Below, piece after piece: positions 9,360 to 17,457 of a stretch of 38,460 nt of DNA (the stretch's first letter is position 1; every line of letters begins with the position of its first letter). The DNA lies in the NCBI GenBank assembly GCA_963790305.1, contig CAWBOC010000012.1:1-38460 (forward strand), in the 5' to 3' direction. The notes below the pieces were generated by a model. The model had not been told where the DNA came from. It was given only the letters and a program-made list of their open reading frames with translations, and did not search any database. This stretch comes from an uncultured Gemmatimonadaceae bacterium (GTDB lineage Bacteria > Gemmatimonadota > Gemmatimonadetes > Gemmatimonadales > Gemmatimonadaceae). The translations under genes and the position numbers were made by a program.

Positions 9360-9385
9360 AAGATGTGAATCAGCGTCCAGGTTCC
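9360..9385 (-). promoter_or_regulatory. Possible ECF-sigma promoter upstream of the anti-sigma gene
   Basis: Minus strand GGAACC-N16-TCTT about 30 nt upstream of the ATG; resembles generic ECF promoters (GGAAC -35). Pattern only. Confidence 0.3.
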
Positions 9386-9454
9386 CGTCACGTCCGCTTG
9401 AAGCAGGAATCGGGCGAGACTAGCTTCCCTGACCCTCCCCTCACCTCGCCGCAC

Positions 9455-10060
9455 GTGCCTACGGTCGACCCGCTGCTGCCACTGAGTCTGCTTCACGCGG
9501 TCCGAAACGTCGATACCCCCGATGACCTCGAAGCCGAGCTGGTCCACGAGCTGCGGAACAAGCGCCTCGGCCTGAGCGAGACCGTCTACACGCAGATCCG
9601 GCGATACACCGACGCGGCCAAGCGGAACCAGCGCCCTGACCAGGAGGAGGCGGTGGGCCTCGCGCGCCTCATCGGCCGCCGCACGGATGCCGAAGCCGTG
9701 TTCCGGGCGGCGGGCCAGTACCTGGCTCGTGAGGCCTACCTCACCATCCCCGGAATGACGCGAAAGCTCGCGCGCGGACTCCCCTCATTCCTCGCGCGAC
9801 CGATCGTGCTGCGCCGCGTCCGCAAGATCGCCGATCGCTATCTGAACGCCGACGTGCGTCGGGTCGGTGGATTCATCCGGCTGGAGGTGAGCGACTCGGT
9901 GACGCTGAAAACGGCGCCGAACAGCATTGGCTGCGCATTCTACGAGGCCGCCCTGCGCGAGCTGCTGCGCCTGCTCGTTGGGAACGTCGGGGGAATCGAG
10001 CACGTGCAGTGCAGAGCCCGGGGGGAAGGCACGTGCGAATGGAGAGCGGAATGGAGATGA
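9455..10060 (+). CDS. Hypothetical protein with C-terminal V4R-like domain
   Basis: GCAFYEAALRELL...IEHVQCRARGEGTCEWRAEW fits the V4R C/H/C/C pattern; GTG start chosen to avoid overlap with the divergent gene. Confidence 0.7.
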   Translation: MPTVDPLLPLSLLHAVRNVDTPDDLEAELVHELRNKRLGLSETVYTQIRRYTDAAKRNQRPDQEEAVGLARLIGRRTDAEAVFRAAGQYLAREAYLTIPGMTRKLARGLPSFLARPIVLRRVRKIADRYLNADVRRVGGFIRLEVSDSVTLKTAPNSIGCAFYEAALRELLRLLVGNVGGIEHVQCRARGEGTCEWRAEWR

Positions 10061-10089
10061 CGGCAGGGGGATAGATCGAAGTTGCCCCC

Positions 10090-10917
10090 CTAACGAGCTG
10101 CGCTCCAAATCAAGCGGAGACCGAGAAGCACGATTGCCAACACCAGCAATCTGATGATCCTCGCCCCCTTCATTCGGTGCGACAGCCTCGCCCCCACCTG
10201 CGCCCCGAGTATTACTCCCGCCCCGATCCCCGCCGCGAGCGGCCAGACGACATGGCCACCGGACGCGTACTTGGCGACGCCGGCCGCCGCGGTGAAAGCG
10301 AGCACGAATTGCGACGTCGCCGTTGCCACGTGCACCGGGAAGCTCATGAAGTGGATCAACGCCGGCACGTGAACGATGCCTCCGCCAATGCCGAGCATGC
10401 TCGACAGGATCCCGACCGCGAAGGACAGCACGACGGCGAGCACGACATCGAACTCGTAGTCGACCGTCGCGCCCGAGCCGTCGCGAAAGCTCCGTCGAAT
10501 GCGCCACAGCCCTCTCCGGGGGGGAGCTCCGGCCACGGCCGCCTGCCGCTCCGGCCGAAAGAAGAGCAGAGCGGCCATCACGAGCAGAAACACGCCGAAC
10601 CCCATCTTGAAGGCGCGCTCGGGAATTCGCTCGGCGAGCTCGGGGCCGATGAAGTACGCCCCCGGAACGGTGGCAGCCGCCAGGAGGAGTCCCGTTCGAA
10701 CGTCGACGCGGCCCCGCCGCACGTAGGTCACCGAGCCGCTCGCCGAGTTGAGCAGCACGACCACCAGCGAGGTTGCGGCGGCGGCCACGGGGGGCAACTT
10801 ATAGATGATCAGCAACAGCGGCACGACGAGAAAACCGCCACCGACACCTACGAGCGTTCCGTAGGTACCGACGACGACGCCGAGCAGCGCGAGGAGGAGG
10901 ATTTCGAGCGCGGAGAT
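10090..10917 (-). CDS. TauE/SafE (TSUP) family exporter; start uncertain (in-frame GTG at 10986 or ATC at 10917)
   Basis: GTLVGVGGGFLVVP, AAATSL, SSMLGIGGGIVHVP, ATATSQF duplicated TSUP motifs. Confidence 0.88.
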   Translation of the reverse strand: MSALEILLLALLGVVVGTYGTLVGVGGGFLVVPLLLIIYKLPPVAAAATSLVVVLLNSASGSVTYVRRGRVDVRTGLLLAAATVPGAYFIGPELAERIPERAFKMGFGVFLLVMAALLFFRPERQAAVAGAPPRRGLWRIRRSFRDGSGATVDYEFDVVLAVVLSFAVGILSSMLGIGGGIVHVPALIHFMSFPVHVATATSQFVLAFTAAAGVAKYASGGHVVWPLAAGIGAGVILGAQVGARLSHRMKGARIIRLLVLAIVLLGLRLIWSAAR

Positions 10918-10999
10918 GGCGTCTCTACAGTTACTTTGGACACGACCGCCGGTTGGTAAGACCGGGTGAGGCCGCCAAGGTACCACTTTCCTGAACTCG

Positions 11000-12175
11000 A
11001 TGCTCAGCCCGGCCACATTGCCCACCGTCCAGCGTGCCCTCGCCGATGCAGGCCTCGACGGTTGGCTGCTCTTCGATTTCCGCGGAACGAATCCGATCGC
11101 GTCCACGCTCCTGGGATTGAAGGGGATGCTGACGCGGCGCGTGTTCGCGTGGATTCCGCGTGAGGGAACGCCAGTCGGTGTCATCCACGCAATCGAGCAG
11201 GGACCCTGGCGCGACTGGCCACCGGCCTGGGGACGCGAGGTCTATGCGTCGTGGCGCGTCCTCGAGGCGACCGTCGCGCGACTCGTCGGGGGAAAGCGCA
11301 TCGCGATGGAGTATTCCCCCGGCGACGCCGTTCCGTATCTCGACCGCGTCCCCGCGGGCGTTCTCGACCTCGTGCGGGCCGCGGGCGCGACCGTGGTTCC
11401 TTCGGGCGAGCTCGTCACGAGATTCTATGCGGTGTGGACGGACGAACAGTTCGCCTCACATCTCCGGGCGGCCGAGATCGTCGCGCAGGTCGCACGCGAT
11501 GCGATGGAAGAAGCGAGGTCGGCGCGGGGACGCGGCACCGTGCTTCACGAGCACGAGCTGCGCGACGGGATCGTCTCGCGCTTCGAGCGCGCAGGGCTCG
11601 AGACGCATGACGCCCCCATCGTCGCCGCCGGGGCCAACGCCGCGAATCCGCATTACGAGCCCTCGCCGAAGCGGCCGCGCGTGATACAGGAAGGCGAGCT
11701 CCTGCTTATCGACTTGTGGGCGCGCGAGCGCAACGGCGTGTGGGCCGACCAGACGTGGATGGGCAGCATCGGCACGCCGTCCGCGCGTGCAGTCGAGGTG
11801 TGGGAAGCGGTGCGCGACGCACGCGATGCCGCAATCGCGCTCCTGCGCGAGCGCGGAACGAACGGGGGGTTGCGCGGTGGCGATCTCGACGTCGCCGCAC
11901 GCCGCGTGATCACCGACCGCGGGCTCGGCGACTACTTCGTCCATCGCACTGGCCACTCGATCGATCCGCGCGATCTGCACGGTGCGGGTCCGCACATCGA
12001 CGATTTCGAGACGCGAGAAGAGCGCCTGCTGCTCCCCGGCGTTGGCTTCTCGATCGAGCCGGGCGTATATCTGCCGGGTGAGCTCGGCGTGCGAAGCGAA
12101 GTGAATGCGTTCGTCGGCGAGCGGGGCGTGACGATCACGCCTGAGCACTACCAACGCGAGCTTCTGGTTCTGTGA
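11000..12175 (+). CDS. M24 family Xaa-Pro aminopeptidase
   Basis: NAANPHY, LIDLW, WADQTW, HRTGHSI, FSIEPGVY, GVRSE metal-ligand motifs. Confidence 0.92.
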   Translation: MLSPATLPTVQRALADAGLDGWLLFDFRGTNPIASTLLGLKGMLTRRVFAWIPREGTPVGVIHAIEQGPWRDWPPAWGREVYASWRVLEATVARLVGGKRIAMEYSPGDAVPYLDRVPAGVLDLVRAAGATVVPSGELVTRFYAVWTDEQFASHLRAAEIVAQVARDAMEEARSARGRGTVLHEHELRDGIVSRFERAGLETHDAPIVAAGANAANPHYEPSPKRPRVIQEGELLLIDLWARERNGVWADQTWMGSIGTPSARAVEVWEAVRDARDAAIALLRERGTNGGLRGGDLDVAARRVITDRGLGDYFVHRTGHSIDPRDLHGAGPHIDDFETREERLLLPGVGFSIEPGVYLPGELGVRSEVNAFVGERGVTITPEHYQRELLVL

Positions 12176-12960
12176 CGCGAGGACGGCTCGGTGTCGCCAT
12201 GCTCGGCGCCGCTCTTGCGGCGTGCGGGCCGAGCGACGACGGGAATGACCGGCGCAATGCGAGCGCCGACACGATCGCGGACGCGGCGTTCACGTCGCGG
12301 CCCGGTCTGTCGCCGTATCGCGAGATCGAGCTCATCGAGAGCGGTCGCCTCGAGGGAGAGGTGCGTCTCGAGAGCTCGGCACGCGACACACTCGTCGTCG
12401 TCACCCGCAACGCCGACCTCTGTGGCGACCGCGTCGCCGAGGGAGCGATCGTCGCCCCGCAAGGCGGCCTCATGAACGTCGTCGTGTGGCTGACTGACGC
12501 GCGGGAAGGGAAGGCGTTCCCCGACAGCCGGCGATTCGAGGTCACGAACTCACGCTGCCGCCTCGACCCGCGCGTGCAGGGCGTGATCGTGGGCGGCACG
12601 CTCAACGTCAAGAGCGCCGACCCCGTCGTGCACGAGACCGTGATCCGCGTCAGCGGCGTGACCGAGGTGTTGGAGACAGTCACCCAGAACGGCGACGGTC
12701 AGGTCGTTCCGCTGGAGAAAGTGCTGGCCCGTCCAGTGCGCCTCGAGCTCAGCTGCCGCACTCATCCGTGGACGCAGGGCTGGATCCACGTCTTCGACCA
12801 TCCCTACTTCGTCGTCTCGGCGCCTAACGGCCGCTTTGCCCTCGACTCCATCCCGCCCGGCGAGTACACGATGCAAACCTGGCATGAGCGGCTGGGCCGG
12901 ACGACGAGGGAGATTCGAGTCGAGAACGGCGGGGTGACGCGCGTGGAGGTGAAGTACTGA
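12172..12960 (+). CDS. Lipoprotein with cupredoxin-like and carboxypeptidase-regulatory-like domains
   Basis: LAAC lipobox; CRLDPRV, SADPVVHE, CRTHPWTQGWIHVFDHPYF, GRFALDSIPPGEYTMQTWHE. Confidence 0.75.
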   Translation: MTRGRLGVAMLGAALAACGPSDDGNDRRNASADTIADAAFTSRPGLSPYREIELIESGRLEGEVRLESSARDTLVVVTRNADLCGDRVAEGAIVAPQGGLMNVVVWLTDAREGKAFPDSRRFEVTNSRCRLDPRVQGVIVGGTLNVKSADPVVHETVIRVSGVTEVLETVTQNGDGQVVPLEKVLARPVRLELSCRTHPWTQGWIHVFDHPYFVVSAPNGRFALDSIPPGEYTMQTWHERLGRTTREIRVENGGVTRVEVKY

Positions 12961-13092
12961 CTAGGGGTCAGGAGTCAGGAGTCAGGGATCAGGGGGTGTC
13001 AGGGTGGAGGTTGCAGGAGTTGCGCGAGCCGTTCCCCTCTAACCTCTACCCTGATACCCCCTGATCCCTGACTCCTGACTCCTGACTCCTAG
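12961..13092. repeat. 132-bp palindromic element, copy A (GGAGTCA/GGGATCA heptamer arms, CTAG ends)
   Basis: 52-bp arms (12961-13012 / 13041-13092), 49/52 Watson-Crick plus 3 G-T; lies between convergent genes. Confidence 0.95.
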
Positions 13093-13094
13093 CG

Positions 13095-14915
13095 TCACAC
13101 CATCTCGAAGTACTGCCCCTTATACAGCTTCGCGTACACCCCGCCGCCCGCGAGCAGATCCGAGTGGCTGCCTTCCTCTACGACTCGCCCGCGGTCGAGC
13201 ACGACCACGCGATCCGCTCGGCGCACGGTGCTCAGCCGGTGCGCGATGATCAACGTCGAACGGCCGCGCAACAGCTCTTCCATCGCTTCCCCCACCAGAC
13301 GCTCGCTCTCGCTGTCGAGGCTCGACGTCGCCTCATCGAGGATCACGATCGCGGGGTCCTTGAGAAAGACGCGAGCGATCGCGAGCCGCTGCCGCTGACC
13401 CCCGGAGAGCTTCACGCCGCGCTCGCCTACGCGCGTGTCGAAGCCCTTCGGCAGTCGCTCGATGAACTCGGTCGCGTGGGCAGCGCGGGCAGCAGCGACG
13501 ATGTCGGCTTCCGTCGCCTCCGGCCGAGCGTAGGCGATGTTCTCGCGCACGGTTCCGCTGAACAGCGTTGGCTCCTGCGGGACGATGCCGATGGCGCCGC
13601 GGAGCTCCTCGAGCGCGAGATCGCGAACGTCGATTCCTTCGATGACGATGCGACCCGCATTCACATCCCAGAACCGTGGCAGCAGCGCGGCGACTGTCGT
13701 CTTCCCGGCGCCCGACGGACCGACGAGCGCCACCGTCTCTCCCGGCGCGATGCGAAACGATACCTCGTGCAACGCCTCCGGGTGCTCCGGCGCATACCGG
13801 AAGCTCACGCGCTCCAGGCGCACGTCGGCGCGTCGTGAGCCGGCTCGCGGAAGCCGTTTGGGATGTTCGGGCTCTGCGACGGTCGGCCGCTCGCCGAGCA
13901 GCTCGAACACGCGCTTCGCCGCGCCGACCGCATCCTGGTAGCTGCCGAACAGCGACGCGAGCGCGCCGACGGCCGCGGCGACGGTGATCGCATAGAGCAG
14001 AAAGGACACGAGCGCGCCTGGCGTCAGCGCGCCGCCCAGTACCAGGCGGCCGCCCTGCCAGAGCACGGCGACGATGCCGCCGAACGAGAAAAACGTGATG
14101 ACGCCGAAGAACGCGCCGCGAATGCGCGCGCGGCGAATCGCTGCCGTGACGACGTCGACGAGGTGCGCGTGGTAGCGGTCGCTCTCGAGTCCTTCGCGCG
14201 TAAAGCCCTGCACGGTTCGAATCTGCGAGAACGCTTCTTCGGCGGTGGCGGTCGCCTCGGCCACTCGATCCTGCACGCCGGTGCTCGCCTTTCGAAGCTG
14301 TCGGCCGAAGACCCACGCCGCACCGACCACGATCGGGACGACGGCGAGGGTCGTGGCGGTGAGTCGCGTGTGCGTCAGCATCAGCATCGCGATGCCGCCC
14401 ACGAGAAAAAGCGATTGGCGGGCGAACTCGCTCACCTGGTGGCTCATCACCGATTGCAGCATGGCGACGTCGGCGCTCAATCGGCTGATGAGCTCGCCGG
14501 TGCGCCGCTCGGTGAAGAAGCCGGGCGACAGCCTCACGAGATGCGCGAACAGGTCCTGTCGCAGGGTGGCGACGACACGCTCGCCGGTCGCGCTCAACAG
14601 GTACACCTGCGCGGCGTTGAGAACGCCCTGGATGGCGAAGAGCACGAGCAGCCCGACCGCGATGCGATCGAGCCCGCGCGCGTTTCCCGAGATGAATGCG
14701 GCATCGAGCAGGTATTGCACGATGCGCGGAAACGCGAGGCCCACTGCCGCGCTCAGAACAAGACAGATGGCCGCGAGCGACAAGGCACGGAGGTGCGGGC
14801 GAAGGCGCGGCACCAGGGGGCCGAATACCTTCGGCGACGGCGGACGCCGTGCGCGGTCCTTCGCCTCGATCACGGGTACCGCTGGCGGAGTGGGGCGTGG
14901 AGCGGGAAGCGTCAC
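13095..14915 (-). CDS. ABC exporter, fused TMD + NBD (MsbA-like)
   Basis: GPSGAGKTT, LSGGQRQRLAIAR, ILDEATSSLD, IAHRLST; six-TM N-terminal domain. Confidence 0.95.
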   Translation of the reverse strand: MTLPAPRPTPPAVPVIEAKDRARRPPSPKVFGPLVPRLRPHLRALSLAAICLVLSAAVGLAFPRIVQYLLDAAFISGNARGLDRIAVGLLVLFAIQGVLNAAQVYLLSATGERVVATLRQDLFAHLVRLSPGFFTERRTGELISRLSADVAMLQSVMSHQVSEFARQSLFLVGGIAMLMLTHTRLTATTLAVVPIVVGAAWVFGRQLRKASTGVQDRVAEATATAEEAFSQIRTVQGFTREGLESDRYHAHLVDVVTAAIRRARIRGAFFGVITFFSFGGIVAVLWQGGRLVLGGALTPGALVSFLLYAITVAAAVGALASLFGSYQDAVGAAKRVFELLGERPTVAEPEHPKRLPRAGSRRADVRLERVSFRYAPEHPEALHEVSFRIAPGETVALVGPSGAGKTTVAALLPRFWDVNAGRIVIEGIDVRDLALEELRGAIGIVPQEPTLFSGTVRENIAYARPEATEADIVAAARAAHATEFIERLPKGFDTRVGERGVKLSGGQRQRLAIARVFLKDPAIVILDEATSSLDSESERLVGEAMEELLRGRSTLIIAHRLSTVRRADRVVVLDRGRVVEEGSHSDLLAGGGVYAKLYKGQYFEMV

Positions 14916-15178
14916 GCGCGGCCCTCGAGCCAGGCGCGGATGCGATGCGTGTCCTCGCTCACCTGTCGCCCCTCCTTGCGCGCACGGTCGAATCGCGCCA
15001 CCAGCTCCTCACACGAGGGCCGGCTCTCACGCGCGGGGAGCGTCCATTCGCCATCCGGCCATTCGCGCGCGCGAACGCGGCCCCCCACAGGTCGCTCGAG
15101 CTCGATGATCGACGGCGCTTGCCCCTCTTTCCCGGCGATCTGCACGACCAGTGTGTCTCTCCACTCCGCCGGTGTCAT
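14912..15178 (-). CDS. Hypothetical protein (88 aa)
   Basis: MTPAEWRDTLVVQIAG...; its start overlaps the ctaB stop and its stop overlaps the ABC start, i.e. coupled on both sides. Confidence 0.6.
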   Translation of the reverse strand: MTPAEWRDTLVVQIAGKEGQAPSIIELERPVGGRVRAREWPDGEWTLPARESRPSCEELVARFDRARKEGRQVSEDTHRIRAWLEGRA

Positions 15179-16072
15179 CACAGCGCGACGCGCCTGTCCA
15201 CGACCATTGCCACAAAAAGGAGCGCGAGGTAGAGGAGTGAAAAGCGGTAGGACCACCAGGCTGGCTGCGTCCATGCTGTCGCGCGCACGGTGCGCACGAT
15301 GCTCCACAGCATCACCAGCCCGAGCACTGCGGCCGATACGAGATAGATCATCCCGAACGCGCCGAACGTCGCCGGCAAGAGCGTGAGGGGAATGAGGATC
15401 GCCATGTACCAGAGCATTCTGGTGCATCGTCTCACGCTCCCCCCAGACGAGCGGCGCCATTGGGACTCCAGCGCGGCCGTAATCGGTCTGCTTCAGGAGC
15501 GCGAGGGCCCAGAAGTGCGGCGGCGTCCAGTAGAACACGATGAGAAAGAGATACAGCGCCGTGAGATCGAGCGATCCGGTGACCGCCGACCACCCGACGA
15601 GGGGAGGGAAGGCCCCCGCGGCGCCGCCGATCACGATATTCTGCGGCGTGCTCCGCTTGAGCCACCTGGAGTAGACGAACACGTAGAAATAGAAGCCCGC
15701 CAGCGCGAGCGCGGCCGCGAGCAGGTTCACGAAGGCCGCCAGCAGCGCCGTCGCCGCCGTCGCCAGCGCAACGCCGAAAGCAAGCACGGCCACCGCGTCC
15801 ATCCGGCCGCTGGGAATGGGACGCAACCGCGTGCGCGCCATGCGATCGTCGATATCACGGTCAATGTACATGTTGACCGCGTTCGCACCGCCCGCCATGA
15901 GGTACCCACCGATCGCCACCGCGATCACCAACGCGAAGCTTGGCGTTCCCGCCACGAACATGGGCGCGATGGTCGTCACCAGCAGCAGCGAGATGATCCG
16001 CGGCTTCGTCAGCATGACGAGGTCGCGGAGGAGCGACGGGCTGTGCGTGCGAACGACGGTGGTGCTGTTCAT
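15178..16072 (-). CDS. ctaB: Protoheme IX farnesyltransferase (heme O synthase); extra base near 15418
   Basis: LTKPRII, DRDIDDRMARTRLRPIPSG, LKRSTPQNIVIGGAAGAFPPLVGW, WTPPHFWALA; the C-terminus MLWY...FSLLYLALLF is in the shifted frame. Confidence 0.93.
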
Positions 16073-17067
16073 GAGGGTGTCGAGGTCGTCGAGGTTGTCG
16101 AGGTCGTCGAGGGTGTCCAGGTAGAGGATGTCGAGGTGCGGATGATTTCACCTTGATTACCTGGACTACCTCGACGACCTCGCCAACCTATGCTCGCTCC
16201 CACCACCGCACTCAGCCACACGACCGTTCCCACCGCCTGATGCAGCGACTGGAGCACCGGCGGGAGGTGCGTCGACACCAGCACCGCGGCGATCACGACC
16301 TGGACTGCGATCACACCGAGAAGAACCGTCGTCGCTCGGCGCATCGTGCCGCTGCCGCGTTTCCGCGCAGCCACCGTCATCCCCACGACGTGCAGCGTGA
16401 GCAGAAAGGCGAGCACGCGATGCGTCCAATGAATCGTTTGCGCAGCCCCGTCCGTGACGACCGTCCCGTTGCACAGCGGGAATCCCTGGCATGCGGGGGC
16501 CGCGCCGGGGATGTTGGCGGTGAAGCCGCCCAGAATCACTACCAGGAACGCGAGCACCGCCGCGGCGAACGCCGCCCGCATGGCTCGGGGCGCGATGACC
16601 TCGCGTTCGGCTGTGATGGCTCCGAATCCACCCGCGCGGATCACCGCCACCGCGAGCACTGCCAGCAGCGCCATGGCGAGCGCGAGATGGACGACGACAA
16701 CCAGCGGCGGCAGCTCGAGCCACACCGTCACTGCGCCGAGGATTGCGGGGGCGAGCCACAAGCCCGCCGCGAGCGATGCGGCGCGCAGCACGCCGCCGCG
16801 ACCCCCGATCCGCGGTTGGTGGCGGTGCAGATACGCGGTAATGACGAGCGCGAGCGTGGCGATGAGCAGCGCGGCGGCGATCCACCGGTGCGTGATCTCA
16901 ATGATCAGCTCGGTGTTGTCGAGCGGCGGGAACCACAGGCCATTGCACTTGGGCCAGTGGTCGCCGCATCCCATTCCCGAGTCGGTGATGCGCACGACCG
17001 CGCCGAAGACGATCTGTGCGTAGGCGAGAAAGAGCGCGAGATACGCGAGGCGGCGGGTCACCATCAT
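16069..17067 (-). CDS. ctaA: Heme A synthase (COX15/CtaA)
   Basis: GAVVRITDSGMGCGDHWPKCNG, IEITHR, VVVHL, ACQGFPLCNG, HWTHR, SLHQ. Confidence 0.92.
   Translation of the reverse strand: MMVTRRLAYLALFLAYAQIVFGAVVRITDSGMGCGDHWPKCNGLWFPPLDNTELIIEITHRWIAAALLIATLALVITAYLHRHQPRIGGRGGVLRAASLAAGLWLAPAILGAVTVWLELPPLVVVVHLALAMALLAVLAVAVIRAGGFGAITAEREVIAPRAMRAAFAAAVLAFLVVILGGFTANIPGAAPACQGFPLCNGTVVTDGAAQTIHWTHRVLAFLLTLHVVGMTVAARKRGSGTMRRATTVLLGVIAVQVVIAAVLVSTHLPPVLQSLHQAVGTVVWLSAVVGASIGWRGRRGSPGNQGEIIRTSTSSTWTPSTTSTTSTTSTPS
16074..16182. repeat. Nonamer (GTCGAGGTC) tandem/inverted repeat within the ctaA 3' end
   Basis: gtcgaggtc gtcgaggtt gtcgaggtc gtcgagggt gtccaggta, then inverted tacctggac tacctcgac gacctcg (25-bp stem, 23/25). 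Confidence 0.8.
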
Positions 17068-17074
17068 TCGCGGC

Positions 17075-17344
17075 TCACGAGGCGTGCGACCCATGCCCGG
17101 TGTGGTCCTGCAAAGCCGGCGGAGGCGATGTCGCCGCACGGGCCTCTTGCCAGGTCATCCACAGGACGAACGCGAGTGCGATCGCCGGAAGCACGGCCCA
17201 CGCTACTTCGGCCGCGCGCCGCGGCACGGGCAGACGCGCATCTTCCCGCGCCACGACCGCGGTGCCAAGCGCCGATCGAAGAATGAACAGCTGCGCCACG
17301 ACGATCGATACGACGCAGGCGACGAGCAGAATGGTAGACAGCAC
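17075..17344 (-). CDS. Two-TM small protein resembling the cytochrome c oxidase subunit II TM region, His-rich tail
   Basis: Two hydrophobic helices, AEVAWAVLPAIAL (cf. COX2 LEIxWTxxP), C-terminal HTGHGSH; 7 nt upstream of ctaA. Confidence 0.65.
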   Translation of the reverse strand: MLSTILLVACVVSIVVAQLFILRSALGTAVVAREDARLPVPRRAAEVAWAVLPAIALAFVLWMTWQEARAATSPPPALQDHTGHGSHAS

Positions 17345-17457
17345 GGCGGTAATCTAACGCGACTCGCATCCCTTGCAGGGGATGATCGTCCCTCATGAGA
17401 ACCGTCTCACCCCTGGCTCTAGACCCCTGCCTGGTCCCTCACGTACTATCACCCCCC

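Noticed and set aside
14912..16072. 386-aa CtaB with novel C-terminal domain (ORF track)
   Set aside because: Artefact of the frameshift at ~15418 joining ctaB to the downstream 88-aa gene.
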